A stretch of 59,244 bases of DNA from Chara braunii (GCA_003427395.1 BFEA01000040.1:3367121-3426364), one strand, 5' to 3'; shown: positions 25,366 through 38,455, counted from the first letter of the stretch. Made by a program: numbers and translations. The notes: a model not told the origin generated them from the sequence alone.

Positions 25366-25371
25366 CACTGG

Positions 25372-25445
<74 letters not shown>

Positions 25446-25856
25446 NNNNNNNNNNNNNNNNNNNNNNNNNNNNNNNNNNNNNNNNNNNNNNNNNNNNNNN
25501 NNNNNNNNNNNNNNNNNNNNNNNNNNNNNNNCTCTCTCGCTCTCTCTCTCTCCACAGCCCCCCGTCTAGCACCCACTTCTGTGTCTCCTTGTCGACCCCA
25601 ACCTCGGGCGTTGGCTCTCGCCTCCCTTCCCCTCCTCCCCGCTGTCCTTCTTCTCGTTTCCGCGATCGTGGTGGCAAGCACACAGCCTCGCTCACTCGCG
25701 CTTCATGTGCATATCGACATCCATACGCCGCGTTCTCCTCCCCTCTTTTTCTACTCTCCCTCTCTTGGGCAACCTGTCTTTGCTACCCAGTCTACTGTTG
25801 CTCCGAGGAGTCTGAAATTGAGGGCACACTCACACCTGGGATCTAAAGTGGGAAAC

Positions 25857-26814
25857 GGGTCTCGCTCCACTAGTCTAGACTCACCAAAAAAATCGTGAGT
25901 CCTTCTAGAGCTGTCAGAGGTCTAGAAGTCATTAAAAAGGAGGCATCGCTCCACTTACTCCAGACTCGAGAGCTGTCAGAGGTCTAGAAGTCATTAAAAA
26001 GGAGGCATCGCTCCACTTACTCCAGACTCGAGAACTAAAGAAACACTCACGAATTTCTCAGCGCTACATGACAGCCCTTCTACAGGGCTACACGACAGCC
26101 CCAGCTCGCTCTGACGGTCGCGGCAGGAGGCACACTCACAAAAAAAAGAGGCCGGAGTGGTGGCAGGAGGGAGGACGCTGGAAATCGTGAGCGTCGCAGG
26201 CTGTGAACTCTATACTACTCTAGAGTGCCCTTCCAGAGCCCCTTCTGACAGCTCTCGAAGGGTGTTTTCACGAGTTAAACTCTAGAGTAAGGGCACGCTC
26301 ACACTGCGGTACCAAAACCGCATATTCCCCAAAATCCCCAAAAAATGTGGTCCAGGGATAGTCACACTGGGTGCACAATTTCGCAAATCACTTATTCCCG
26401 AACCCTTTTGTCAGCGGCCTGAGTTTCAGAAATGACTTGAGAATGGAATGGCAAGATATCGGCACCATATCAATTGAAAATGAGGAATTTGGGCAAATGG
26501 GTGACCTCGTCGGCCCGGTCAGACGCAAGAAGCCAGTCCCTGAACAACGAAGAAAAAAAAAAAAAAAGAAAAGCAGTTGAGGGAAAAAGGGTAGGCGCCG
26601 TGTGACTGGCGACCTCCGCAATTTCGCACTGGCCGACCTACGGTGACCGTGGAATGGGTGGTTTGGGGACACAGTGTGACTGGCGCCGCCACTATATCCC
26701 CAAATCAGGCATCCGTATTTTTTAAGAATATGGGGTTTTGGTACCTCAGTGCCCTAAGTGGAGCGAGGCGTTACTCTCGAAACTTAGAGAGTCTAGAGTA
26801 GTGGAGCGAGACCC
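25857..26814. mobile_element. Harbinger-type non-autonomous element with TCTAGA-rich subterminal repeats
   Basis: TIR GGGTCTCGCTCCACTA / TAGTGGAGCGAGACCC; flanks AAC/AAT. Confidence 0.7.
26291..26754. mobile_element. Nested Harbinger-type MITE
   Basis: GGGCAC...GGTACCAAAACC / GGTTTTGGTACC...GTGCCC; TSD TAA/TAA. Confidence 0.75.
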
Positions 26815-28841
26815 AATATTTGATGTGTTTCGTACTGCCAATTTGGGTACCTGTTTGGCCACATAGGCAGACTTCCTTCCACGAAGGACACGGTGGCGGC
26901 CACAGTGGAGGCCCAGAAAGGACACAATAGCGGCCCTGACATTTGCACGTCCCAGGAAATGCACCTAGTCAGACTGCTTACACGCAAAAATAGAAGTCTT
27001 TTTTCTTTTGTTTTTTCAATGCTAAATTAACACGCACTGCTATTTTGCTCATGCACGAATTTCTTGAAATACCTCACGAAGGAAGAAAAAAAATGAAAAG
27101 GTAATTTGAGACCACCTCTGGAGGTGAGCTGCAGAACAGTAGAAATGGCCGGGCAGCCGGTTCGGGCTTGTACCCCGCGTTGACAGTAAGGTAGAGCGCA
27201 TCCGTAAACAAAAGAATTAGACTCACAGCATTCCCTTACAGTACCTCATGAAATCCACACGAGTTCCACACAGATAGAGAATAAGAAACCCTTAGAGAAT
27301 TCCAATAGAGCGGCTATGGCAGTGATGCTCAGAATACAAAAACGGTCCGCGTGTTACAAGCATCTCCCCTAGCAATGCTCCATGAAGCTCAGCGACCGTG
27401 ATGAGAGCCGCAGCGTCCCACACCCCTCATCCTAACACTGCGACCCCAAATCCGCAGGATTTTGGAAAGGCCAATTTGAGTTTTTGGGCATGGTTCGCGT
27501 CACACTGGTGTACCTTTTCAGATGGGACAAGGTCGCGGCTGTCTGGAGAAATGGGGATTTGGTACTTGGCTGGTCACACGGCGCCAACCACAAATTGTGC
27601 AAGAACTTTTATGAACAATTTTTTGCCAATTCACAAAGAAAATGTGAAAAATGAAATAGGGCATTTGTGGTCACCTCCCGGTGGCTTCCCAGGCCGCTGA
27701 CAAATGGGCACAACCGCTGACAAATGGGCACAGGAATAGTACATTTGCGAATTTGGTAGATCCGTGTCACCGGCCTTTTCCCCTTTTTTTTTGGGATTTT
27801 GGGAATATAGGTCCCCGTGTACTCCCGCGCCGCGGCAGGCTGCTGACAAAGGGTAACGAAAAAGTACATTTGGGTAGCGGGCCTCTCCAATGTGACCCGA
27901 AAACTGCATCAAATTTTGGGATTTAAACCAAAAGTACCTTTCCCGGTTGAAAAACAAATGCCCGCCGGTTAACACCCGGGGGGGCAGCTTCGGAACTACT
28001 GGAGTGAAATGGCTGGTGTCGCCAGCCAAAATCAAATCACCGCCAAGTCGATTTTAGGCTCGGCACCAATAGCTGAGAAAGGTACTGGTGGTTTAAGGTC
28101 ATCAGGTCCCCGTGTTGTGATGAATTACTTTCTGAAATGCGCAACTTCCTGCGCGGCGGTATTCCGGGGATTGAATGGGAGGGACCAACGCAATTGCATA
28201 AATGCCCTCGTCTTTTTTTGAAAGAGCTTGATTCCATGGCGGTTGGTCGTTGGGGCACGTCTTAGCGAGCACAGAAAATAACTGCTGTCGTAGCTTCCTT
28301 CTTGTTCTGCTAAAAGTGGGATGGGAACTTAGGCGTGCTCATCGCGCAGGAGCGAAGTGCAGGAAAGGGTGCAGCAATGCGTGCGCGAGTAAGGAGCATC
28401 ATGCAGTTACAGCAGCAAAAATTCGCGACAAATTACAACGCCCCTAATTCCTAACCCAATTTAAATGATTTACGAATTAAAAAAAATGAAAAAACGAGAA
28501 GACAAAATAAATAAATAAAATTAATAAATAAAAGAAAAGTCGGATTTGTTTTCTTCCAATTTCTTATCATGACTGATATGGAGTTGGGTCCCAAAGAATT
28601 TGCGGAGGTAATTTTCTTTTTCTTCTTCTTTTCTTCTTTCGTCCTGGTCTTCTTCTTCTTCTTCTTTGCTGTTTTTTTTCCCTTCTTCTTCTTTGTTGTT
28701 TTTTTCCTTCTTATTTTTCTTCTTCTTCCTTGCTGTTTTTTTTTTCCCTTCATTGTCTTCTTCTTCTTCTTCTACTTCCTCTTCTTCAGGCAATTCAGTG
28801 GCCGTGGTCAGACGCAGAGACACGCACACACACACACAGAG

Positions 28842-28879
28842 CTGTCTCTTATACACATCTAGATGTGTATAAGAGACAG
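28842..28879. other. Nextera mate-pair junction adapter (assembly artefact)
   Basis: Exact CTGTCTCTTATACACATCT+AGATGTGTATAAGAGACAG. Confidence 0.99.
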
Positions 28880-28967
<88 letters not shown>

Positions 28968-28985
28968 GAAAAAAAAGAACAAGAG

Positions 28986-29060
<75 letters not shown>

Positions 29061-29424
29061 GAAAAAAAAGAACAAAAATGCTTATCTTTGTTTGGGGGTT
29101 ATTATTATTTTTTTTTACGCATCTGAAAACCACAGCCTCCCACATTGCACTTTTTTTTTTTTTCCCTTAGTTGTTTCTGGTGGGGGACGCCGTGCGCAGT
29201 GCGCTGCTCCGCCTGCACATGGCGCCGCAAAAAAAACTCAGCTGTGCGCCCAAGGCCGTGGGGCTGCGACCGGCCTGCTAGGCGGCGGGAGGCCGAGGGT
29301 GCCAAGGTGCCACATAGACCCTAATGAATCGAGAAAAAGGAAAAAGGAAAAAGGAAAAAGAACAAGTATGAACACCAACTGAATAGGATGAGGGGTATAT
29401 ATGTCTCTGCCCTTTGGATAGTAA

Positions 29425-29594
29425 GGGTAAGATCCCACTTGCAAAGCGATTGGAATGAAAACCTGAATGGGGATGTGTTTGTGGAGACGTGCAGATCATT
29501 GTGATTGCTCTGCTCTTCTGTATCTCTACATAAAAAGCATCCAGATTCCGGCGCTTTGTCCAATCTTCTTGGCTTAGCCTAATGGGATCTCACC
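29425..29594. mobile_element. H2 Harbinger-type MITE
   Basis: GGGTAAGATCCCA ... TGGGATCTCACC; TSD TAA/TAA. Confidence 0.75.
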
Positions 29595-30053
29595 TAAGAG
29601 GAAGTGTTGCATCTGCTGCCAGTAGCAAATCCTCAGACAATGGGAATCCCTACAGCCAGAATAGTTGGGATGCATAGTAAATAAAGGGCGAAAGGACTCA
29701 CAGCTTACAGTTTTGCACTGGTACAAACAAATACAGCACCGAAAAAAAAAAATATAAAAAATACAGCACATAAAAAACAACAACAACAACACCAACAACA
29801 ACAACAACAACAACAACAACAAATACAGCAGGTACATTACAGCAACTCACAGCACACAGATACACGCACAGTCCAGTGTACACCTGCCTGCTCACACAGC
29901 AGCCTTGTTCAAACTTCAAAGGTAATACAGACAATTGGGACTTCCCAAGGAGGATCGAGTGGAAACAACACAGACACACAGACAGAACACTGGGCCTGCT
30001 ATAGCCCAGATTGTACAATGCAGACCAAACACATGTACAGAAATTCTCACATT

Positions 30054-30091
<38 letters not shown>

Positions 30092-30109
30092 AATCAGGGG
30101 CCCACTGCC

Positions 30110-30201
30110 CGAGGGTCATTCCTCATTTATGCGTGTCATCCTTGGGCAGGGGCCATGCTAATCTTCTCTGTATCTTTCCAATTTTAACGGATGTCCCGAA
30201 G
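30110..30201 (-). pseudogene. U6: Near full-length U6 snRNA retrocopy with short 3' extension and poly(A) (30057-30087 as poly(T))
   Basis: Reverse complement reads CTTCGGGACATCCGTTAAAATTGGAAAGATACAGAGAAGATTAGCATGGCCCCTGCCCAAGGATGACACGCATAAAT; ACAGAGA box and AGC triad present. Confidence 0.93.
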
Positions 30202-30332
30202 TATAGGGACGCTGGACCCGTTTTCCAGCAGGGGTTGCTCCCCATCAATAGATGGAGCCTCCCCGGGAGTGCTAGCAGGTGCCTTTGCATCACCTTGGGT
30301 TGTTCCTCAATTATAAAAAAAAAAAAAAAAAA
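30202..30332 (+). mobile_element. Non-LTR retroelement 3' end with poly(A), head-to-head with the U6 copy
   Basis: Homologous to 17673-17829 and to the reverse complement of 40151-40302. Confidence 0.65.
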
Positions 30333-30389
30333 GTAGCAGATCCGCCGAGCAACAAAGTAGATTGGCTATTTCTGATCACGCCCAGAAAT

Positions 30390-30621
30390 AAGTAAAAAGT
30401 CCACGCTTCAGTATGCACTCAGAGAGAGGACATGAAAGCAAAGAGTCATCTGTAGAATTGTCGTCAACAAGAACTAGGTAAAATGTCCACGTGTGAGTAT
30501 GCACTCAGAGAGAGCACATGAAAGCAAAGAGTCAACTGTCGAAGTAGCATCGACGAGAAATAGGTAAAAAGTCCACGTGTGAGTATGCACTCAGAGAGAG
30601 CACATGAAAGTAAAGAGTCAT
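30390..30621. repeat. Tandem repeat, about 3 copies of an ~85-bp unit
   Basis: GTCCACG...AGTATGCACTCAGAGAGAG.ACATGAAAG.AAAGAGTCA repeated. Confidence 0.85.
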
Positions 30622-30831
30622 GCTGGATGCAGTGCAGCCGAGAAACCCTGCCGCGAATCTCCTGCCTGAGCTTTCGGTTCCGTTCTTTCTCGCCGCCATT
30701 GCTCTCCTGCCTAAGCTTTCGGATCTTTCTGGCCGCCGTCGCTCTCTCTCTGCATCGTTTATCTGTTTGTGATCATTGCCAACGACGAGAAAAGAAAGTG
30801 CATCGGGCTATCGAAATGTACATGTCCTATA

Positions 30832-30900
30832 GTACCTTTCTCTCCCTTTTGGCTTAAGATCAGGTATAGTATCTGTTCTGGTCAGTTTAATATCTAATCC
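30832..30900 (+). pseudogene. U2: Degenerate 5' fragment of U2 snRNA
   Basis: TACCTTTCTC...TTTGGCTTAAGATCAGGTATAGTATCTGTTCTGGTCAGTTTAATATCT; branch-site recognition GTAGTA mutated to ATAGTA. Confidence 0.85.
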
Positions 30901-31681
30901 AAAAACAGACAAGAGGAGTGCACGTCCTTAAATTTGGGATAAACGAAAAAAGAGAGAAATGTACATGGCCTGCACACGCCTTGTGAACAAACAAATTATA
31001 AAAAAAAGGCATGGGAGTTTGAATTCCTGACATCCTAAAATCCCCATTGAAAGATGCGACACTCACTAATCCGTCATCGGCATAGCCATAGCCATAGCCA
31101 TAGCCAGAACTGTCCAATTACAGCTCTCATATTGCAGCAGAACGGGTGCTGCCATACAACTACCGATGACTGGGGAAAGTCAAGGGCACTGAGGGAGCAG
31201 TGGGCAAGAAGGGGCGTGGGGCAAACAAGCGTTGGGCTTCTGTCTTTTGCAGCAAGAATCCGTAGACGACTTTTGAAGATAGTGGGTCATAAAATGAAAT
31301 GCTGAAGGGGAGCTTATAAGTATAAAGCAGCAACTTGAAGAACAGCTGGAGAATAGTTGGTGGGTTAAGAGGGGCGGGGTTGCTGAAGGGGCACTGATGT
31401 AACCTTATCCGTTCAACCAACAATGGAGGGGGGGAGGTGTTGAAGGGCAAGGCGGGGAGGGNNNNNNNNNNNNNNNNNNNNNNNNNNNNNNNNNNNNNNN
31501 NNNNNNNNNNNNNNNNNNNNNNNNNNNNNNNNNNNNNNNNNNNNNNNNNNNNNNNNNNNNNNNNNNNNNNNNNNNNNNNNNNNNNNNNNNNNNNNNNNNN
31601 NNNNNNNNNNNNNNNNNNNNNNNNNNNNNNNNNNNNNNNNNNNNNNNNNNNNNNNNNNNNNNNNNNNNNNNNNNNNNNNNN

Positions 31682-32101
31682 AAAAAAAAAGAATTAAAAA
31701 AACTCTGAAAAAAACATATGTTATGCAGAAAATATACTGAACAACTTTTGCCTTGTGGTCATATCCAAAAACGTTACTGAATTTAAAATAAAAAATCACA
31801 TACGTTTCATGTTTTGTTTTTGGGAAAAAAAAAAAAAACAGCTTTTGCCTCAGGAAAATTAGTTTTTGAATTTTTAAAATTCGAAGACGAAGTGAAAAAA
31901 TAAAATAAAAAAGTGCGAAATATAGATCTCGAAAAGATCTACAACCCCATATTTTTTCTCTGTTTTTTTTATGAAGTTTTAGGGTCACAAAAAAATCCTG
32001 AAAGTCACGGCCGCACCCAACCGCGGCCGGAGCCGCACGGCCGTGATCACGTCCGAACCTCCGAGCTTGACCCCGCGGACGCGTCCGTGGGTGTTTCATA
32101 G
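31682..32101. mobile_element. Non-autonomous hAT copy, reverse orientation to 40798-41293 (other end in gap)
   Basis: High similarity to the reverse complement of 40798-41200; ends GGGTGTTTCATAG. Confidence 0.85.
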
Positions 32102-32185
32102 CCGCCCGGTGTACTTCACACCCACCAGTACAGGCCTTAGGGGGACTCGGTCGCCCTAACAGCCAGGGTTTCAACTGTTACAACG

Positions 32186-32693
32186 ATGATTTCTCTGCCT
32201 AACGGGACCATCCACGTCCAACTACCCGCTTATGTACCCTCCAAGTACAGACGCCTCCTTGTGGTACTACAGGACTACCGCGAAGCGGTTAGCATCCAGG
32301 ACCACGACATAGGGCTGACATACCTGATAGAGCACGCTATCGATACCGGGGACCATGCCCCAATCTATTGTCGACCATACCGTTATTCATGGAAGGAATG
32401 ACAATTAGCCTTGGACAGGGTACAGGAGTTCAAGCGTCTCGGATGGGTGGAACCCTCCTTGGGGCCCTGGTCGTTTCCAGTAGTCCTCGTGCCAAAACGA
32501 AACAGAGTCGTCTACGTCTGCATCGACTATCGAAAACTAAATGCTGTTACAACCAAAGATGTCTATCCGGTGCCCCAAATTGACGATCTCTTGGATGCCA
32601 TTGGTTCCGCTTGGGTCTTCTCGTCGTTCTCAAAGTTCAATATGCGACACAGTTTCCACCATGTCGTTGTCCGGCCGGAAGACAGAGCAAGGC
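32186..32693 (+). pseudogene. Ty3/gypsy pol (RT N-terminal) fragment
   Basis: HAIDTGDHAPIYCRPYRYS; GPWSFPVVLVPK; CIDYRKLNAVTTKDVYPVPQIDDLLD. Confidence 0.93.
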
Positions 32694-33743
32694 GGGGCGG
32701 GGCAGCATGAGTTTGCGCGGTGGCCTTCGCCTTGCGCGCACGCGTCCTGACAGCACTCTCCTTTTTTGTCCTTTTTTGACCATGTGTCGCTCTGTTGGTG
32801 CTCTCCGATCCGCTGTTTTCCCATCTGTTTGCTCAGAAAATGGCCAAAAACTGGCCAAAATCCCGCTATCAGGATTATACCATTTTCCTGCGCTTGCGGG
32901 ATGAGGTGGGTGGAGGCGGGGACCGTTCCTGCTCGGAGACCAATGTGATGGGCCAGCCGGGACGGTGGTCCGTCAGGATCAAGACGAAGGGATTAGGATG
33001 GGGAGATGGAGATGTCCCTGTAAGGGACAGCGCAGCTCCAACGCAGACTCATCACGCACGTACTCCAAGCTGTGCAAATGAAGAATGAGCCTGAAACAGA
33101 CTGCAGCTGGGGTATACCCCCAGCGGACTAACTGGACTGGACTGGACTGCATTGGTACCGACAATGGTACCGGGCAGGACTGACGGAATGAGCACACGGT
33201 CCGAGGGGTCAGGCCACAGCCGTCGGCCTGGTCCCACTGGCCGAACAGGCAAAATAGCCACATAGCCCTGGCTCTAGGCCAGGGCAGCTAGAGGCATGCT
33301 GCATACTTTCAATCATGGCTACGCCGGACCGGACCCCGGAACAAATCCGGGCCCCGGATCCCGGACCTTCCGATCGGCCCCGGAACTCCGGAACTCCAGA
33401 ATGTTCCGGAGGATCCGTAATGTTCCGGATTGATATATTTTCCGGAAAAAAAAAAAAAAAAAAAAAAAAACCCGGCAAGTCGTGGTACATTCATACATTA
33501 CCTCAGTGAGCAATGGGCTCTGTGCTCTCACTGCCAGCGTGCACACTGCATACAGACTCACACAAGTTAGTAGCACAGGTTGCACAACTTGAACTGTGTT
33601 TATAACTCAAAGAATCAGAAGAGAGTCAAGACACAGAATGAGGAGGAGGACTCAGAATTGAATAAATTCAATAAATACCAATTGAATGCAGAGTCATTCA
33701 TGAATCATGATTCACGAATCATGAATGACCGCCCCAAAACCGG

Positions 33744-33798
<55 letters not shown>

Positions 33799-33959
33799 TC
33801 CGTTTTTTCTCAGCCAATGGCCGCTCATCATCGCCTGATGAGTAGTCTGATGAACATTCCTCTTCATCATCATGTGGCCTCTTCCTTGCCACACCCTCGT
33901 TCTTGCCCCCCTCGTCCTTGCCCCCCTCGTCCTTGCTCCCCTCTCCTCCACTCTTTTTA

Positions 33960-36474
33960 AGTGTTTGCGCAGGGTTTTCCTCGAGTGTCTGCGCAGTGTT
34001 GTTCTCTCCCTCCGCAGTCACGACATTTGAACCCTCCACATCCGTCGCTGGCGTTTTTCTTGGCTTGCCTCTAGCTTTTTTTTGGCGTTGAGGATCAGGC
34101 TGTGTCGACGATGCCCCTGTCTCCCTCAGTGGTGCTATCATCGCAGCACCACGAGGTAGTGTGTCACCATCCCCCTTTCTGTGAGCACGCATGCCAGTGT
34201 GCTCCTCTGTTCCCAAAGTGCGTGCCCTCCTTCGCACTTCAGTTTGAAAACGTTTGAGGAGGAAGTCGCCTGCCTTTGTCAATCCACGCCAGTCCCCGCA
34301 ATGACCCTCCTCAATCTCCTCGAGGTTGCACTCTTTACGGCACGGAACAACAGCTTCATCCCCATCTTCGTCACCAATGCCATCAGCAGGTGGAACAACA
34401 TCGTCACCAGCCGAGGTAAGGCTCTTCAATCGGCGCTCAGCCAATTTCACTCTTTCTTTAGCCTCCTTTTGCTCCTCCTCCATCGGTGGGTCGTCCCATT
34501 TAACAAGGTATTTTGCCCTCTCCGGAATCTGCTGCAGCGATTCAAGCAGGCGCATATTCCACTTTGTGTACACCAACTTGTGCATTGTCTCTGGGGCCAA
34601 GGCATTCCGCTCTTTGGAGTGAATTGCTGCAAAAAGGCTCCAATTCCTTTTGCAACCTGAAGTCGACGACCCTTGGCCCAACAGCCGAATGGCATGGGGC
34701 TGCAAGTTTTGCAGCTCATACACCATGCTGCAGGGTTTTGCTTACGGGCTGCACCCATGGCCCCTTGCGAGCTGAACTTGCAATTGTTTTCAACCCAACA
34801 ATCGACTTCGTACTCCACCTGGTCGCACACCTCCTGCGATGACCCTTTCAACCATGTACACACCCAAGTGTAGAATCCATTTTGGATCTCTGGAGCGTTG
34901 TGCGGCTCAGACGACCGGTACTCCGGATCCAAGAATAGGGCTGCACAGTGGAGGGGGGTGGTCATAGCATTCCATCTGCGCATGACCATCACCTCGATCT
35001 CCTCCTGGTCCTCTACCGTCAGGTCCTTGTTGATTCGCAGGCGTTCCACTCTCCTGTCCATCTTGGCATAAACCTTGCTGATGGTTGGACCGTTGTCATC
35101 CACCAACTTTAACAGCAAAACAATGTCGTATACGACATTGATTGCCTTGTTGACATCTTCCCAAAACCCTGCTGCATCAAGCTAAACATCTTCCATCTCG
35201 TGGAAGGTCGATCGCTGTCCATGGGGAACCAACGTCGTTGTCCACCTCTCAACTGTTGTGACCATAGCCACCAACGCTTTCCGTTGCTTCTTCGAGCAGT
35301 CCAACATGTGAAAGTCGGTGGCGAAACGCGTTGCTGCAGGTCGCAGTAGTTGTCTCCCACCCGACTGGATGTAGTAAGCATCCTTGACTCGTTGGTTGTT
35401 CATGATGAACTTCACTAAGTCATTCGCCTTCCCCACCGTTCGAACCACCCACTCCATCTTCCCAACATCGTACAACACTAAGTCTAGGCAGTGTGCAACA
35501 CATGGCACATGGAAGATTGTAGGGAATGTATCCTCCACCAATCTGTCGGCTCTCACACACACTGCAGCGTTGTCCATGATGACTCCAACAACACTTTTCT
35601 CGCCAACTTCACGAATGGACTCAGACAAGATATCAAAGTACGCTGTTGCGCCCTTGTCCTTGCCTGACATGCAGTGCGACTTTCAAAAAAGCACACCGTT
35701 CGGAAAGGAGACCATCACATTCAAGTGCGGTCTGCCTCTCTGATCAGTCCAGCCATCAAGCTGGAGCATGCATCCTGATCAAGGCTTGTCTGACATGCAG
35801 TGCGGTCTGCCGCAAAACCCCCTCCTCCACGCGAGCCCGTGACATGTCCAACCTTTTCGTCCGCTGCGCGCCGTACTTTGCAGGGATGAAGGACCGCTCT
35901 GCATCGCGAACCTTATTTAGCATGTGCAAGAAATACTTACTGCGCACCATGTTGAATGAGACTCCTTCGTAAACCAACCAATCATCTATGGAGCGTTGTG
36001 CTTCTTCATTCTTCGAGATGATTGCCCCGCCCTCTTCCAGCGTGCTCTGTCGCACCTTGGCAGGCTTGGCTGTCGTCAAAAGGTTAGTCTTGGCTCTGTT
36101 TTCCGTTGGTTGGACCGTTGGGGGCTGTTGCACTCGTCCTCGCCGTCCACGTCTTCCATGCCTTCGAGGTCTGAAAGGCAATCATGTGACGGTGCCCGAG
36201 GCACAGCCTTTCCCAACACCAGCGCAATTGCCTCCAGCCGGCCCAAGTCCCTCCTCTCCTTTTCCTCTGCCGACAGCCTACTGCCTAGCATGTTGATGTT
36301 GCACCTAGGCCCTTTTGTCATGGACGTGAAGTGCTTTGCACAGTGCTTTGCGCTCCCAGGGAACTGCAGTTCGCAATCCAGGCATTTCCATATGTAGTTT
36401 CCTTTCCCCGGCTCCCCATGCAATCCAACATTCTCGAAGTGCCGCTTCATCGCATCTGCACCTGCTTTAGGCAT
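33960..36474 (-). pseudogene. hAT transposase (BED finger, DUF659-like region, C-terminal dimerisation domain) with stops and frameshifts
   Basis: WKCLDC...HCAKHF; IMDNAAVC...PCVAHCLDL; PAATRFAT; PLHCAALFLDP; SSTSGCKRNWSLFAAIHSKERNAL; CCGGA-rich subterminal repeats at 33320-33446. Confidence 0.92.
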
Positions 36475-36561
36475 CCTGAATTTGGTGGCGAGTCTGGCAA
36501 CAAATTGACAACACGCAGCAGAACAACAAGCAAGGGGTGTCAGATCATTTCTAAGTGCGCT

Positions 36562-36637
<76 letters not shown>

Positions 36638-36712
36638 GCTGTGCAGCAGAACAGGGACTTCGGGGGGGGGAGGTCGATGAATCTTCACAGAAAAAAAACA
36701 GTGGTCCACGGC

Positions 36713-36750
36713 CTGTCTCTTATACACATCTAGATGTGTATAAGAGACAG
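36713..36750. other. Nextera mate-pair junction adapter (assembly artefact)
   Basis: Exact 38-bp junction sequence. Confidence 0.99.
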
Positions 36751-37243
36751 GGGGGGGGGGGTGTGAGGGCATGCAAATCTTTGCACGGGAAAAGAAAAAG
36801 AAAAAAAAAAGACAGCATTTCACAACCCCCCATGGGATCGAAATTTTGAATACGTTCGTGTGGGGGGGGAGGTTATGGGGTAGAGTCCCGGTAGACAATT
36901 CTCACATTTCTTAACAGGGAAAAAAAAGAAACAAAAACAGCATCTGAAAGAGTACGAAATGGTGGAAGATGACGACGAGGAGGAGGAGGAGGGGTAGGGG
37001 GACAGAGAGGAAGAAAAGCAGGGCGAAGGCCCTACTTTTCTTCCACTCTCTCCCCCTACCCCTCCTCCTCCTCCTTGTCAAGTCCGCCCCCCTCTCCTCT
37101 TCCTCCTCCACGCATCTTTATCTCTTGTTTATCCCCCCATCCTCCTCCTCCTCTTCTTCCTCTTCCTGCCACCCTTCTCCTCTTCCTCCTCCTCCTCCTC
37201 CTCCTCCTCCACCTCCTCCTCTCCCTCGTACCTCAATCCCGCG

Positions 37244-37294
37244 TTGGAACGATACAGAGAAGATTATCATGGCCCATGCGCAAGGATGACACGC
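37244..37294 (+). pseudogene. U6: Internal U6 snRNA fragment
   Basis: TTGGAACGATACAGAGAAGATTATCATGGCCCATGCGCAAGGATGACACGC. Confidence 0.88.
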
Positions 37295-37422
37295 CGTCAA
37301 GCCCGCCCTCCTGAAAAAGAAAACAAAAACTTCCACCTCTCCTGCTCCTCCTCCTCCTCCTCCTCCTCCTCCTCCTCCTCCTCCTCTTCCACCTCCTCCT
37401 CTCCCTAGTACGTCAATCCCGC

Positions 37423-37462
37423 ATTGGAACGATACAGAGAAGATTATCATGGCCCATGCGCA
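37423..37462 (+). pseudogene. U6: Second internal U6 fragment (tandem duplicate)
   Basis: Same fragment, same two substitutions and same (CCT)n leader as 37244. Confidence 0.85.
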
Positions 37463-38384
37463 GCTGTGACGCGCCAGTTGGTTGAGGGAATCACAGGGCG
37501 AGAAACACCACGGCCTTCCAGGCCTTTCCAAAAATGCAGGCCCTGGACAAGACTCGCAGCCTCATACACAGACAGTTGGGAGGCCCGACTGAAAGAGGCC
37601 CAGTAGCTGCAACAGAGGTGCAGCCTCCTGGGGCCTACCGGAAGCATCTGGGCCGAGGCCCAGGGCAGCCAGGCTGCGAAGGCAGGCGGGCTCTTTCCAT
37701 ATAGGAAAGAGCTCGCTGCCTGGAAGGGCATTCAAGCACTTGCTGGCTGGCGGCAGCGCTGCTGGAGCAATTGCTTGCGTGCTGGCTGCTAGGGCTGGAG
37801 CAAGAGGCACGCACGTGTGGTGCTAGCGCTGGAGCAAGAGGCAGCACACGTGCGGTCGTGTGGTGAAGCAGGGCGCTGTTGAGGGCAGTGCCACAGCCCA
37901 GCCTCCATAGCTGGCTGTGGGCTTGGACATACAGTGAGGCGCAGGGGTGGTCTTCGGGTGTACAGAGGGAAGACGTGGGTGTAAGAAGAGGGAGAGAGGG
38001 AAGAATGATAATGATGATGATGTGAGGGCACATGCCTGGTATTGGCGATAGTCTGCATCGGGCGACATTTTCAAGTACTTCATGGGCTGCTGATGTCAAC
38101 AGTTGCATTGTCAATTAGTAGGCAGATTGTAGCTGTGCAGGAAGTAGGCTGGGTGCAAGGTAGGGAGAAGGTCCTGAACTCTTGTGTTGGTGGTGGCGAG
38201 AGCAAGCTCTCATTGACATTGGTTTCCAGTGCTACGATTCTCCATTGGTGTCATATTGGTGCAATGCTGCTTTCTGGACACAATGATACTTTCTGGCTTT
38301 CAATGTGATTGTGCATTCTGGTTATTGTGATCTCGCTTCTGCTCATTTTCCTTGCATATCCATCGTACGACTAACAAGGGCCTG

Positions 38385-38455
38385 GGGCTAGGTCCCACTT
38401 GCACAAATTAAGAGATAGAGACCGTAGATAGCCGAGATCAACGACGGAAATCTCC
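38385..38455. mobile_element. Truncated H1 Harbinger-type MITE
   Basis: CTG|GGGCTAGGTCCCACTTGCAC start. Confidence 0.7.

Noticed and set aside
28842-28879. Tn5 mosaic ends as horizontal transfer
   Set aside because: The exact head-to-head 19+19 bp arrangement is the Nextera mate-pair junction.
28451-29170. RERE/LSLS/KKKK/FFFF ORFs
   Set aside because: Translations of microsatellites, homopolymers and adapter sequence.
33318-36893. CTACGCCGGAC / GTCCCGGTAG as TIRs of the autonomous hAT
   Set aside because: Weak match, no 8-bp TSD, and an adapter junction lies in between.
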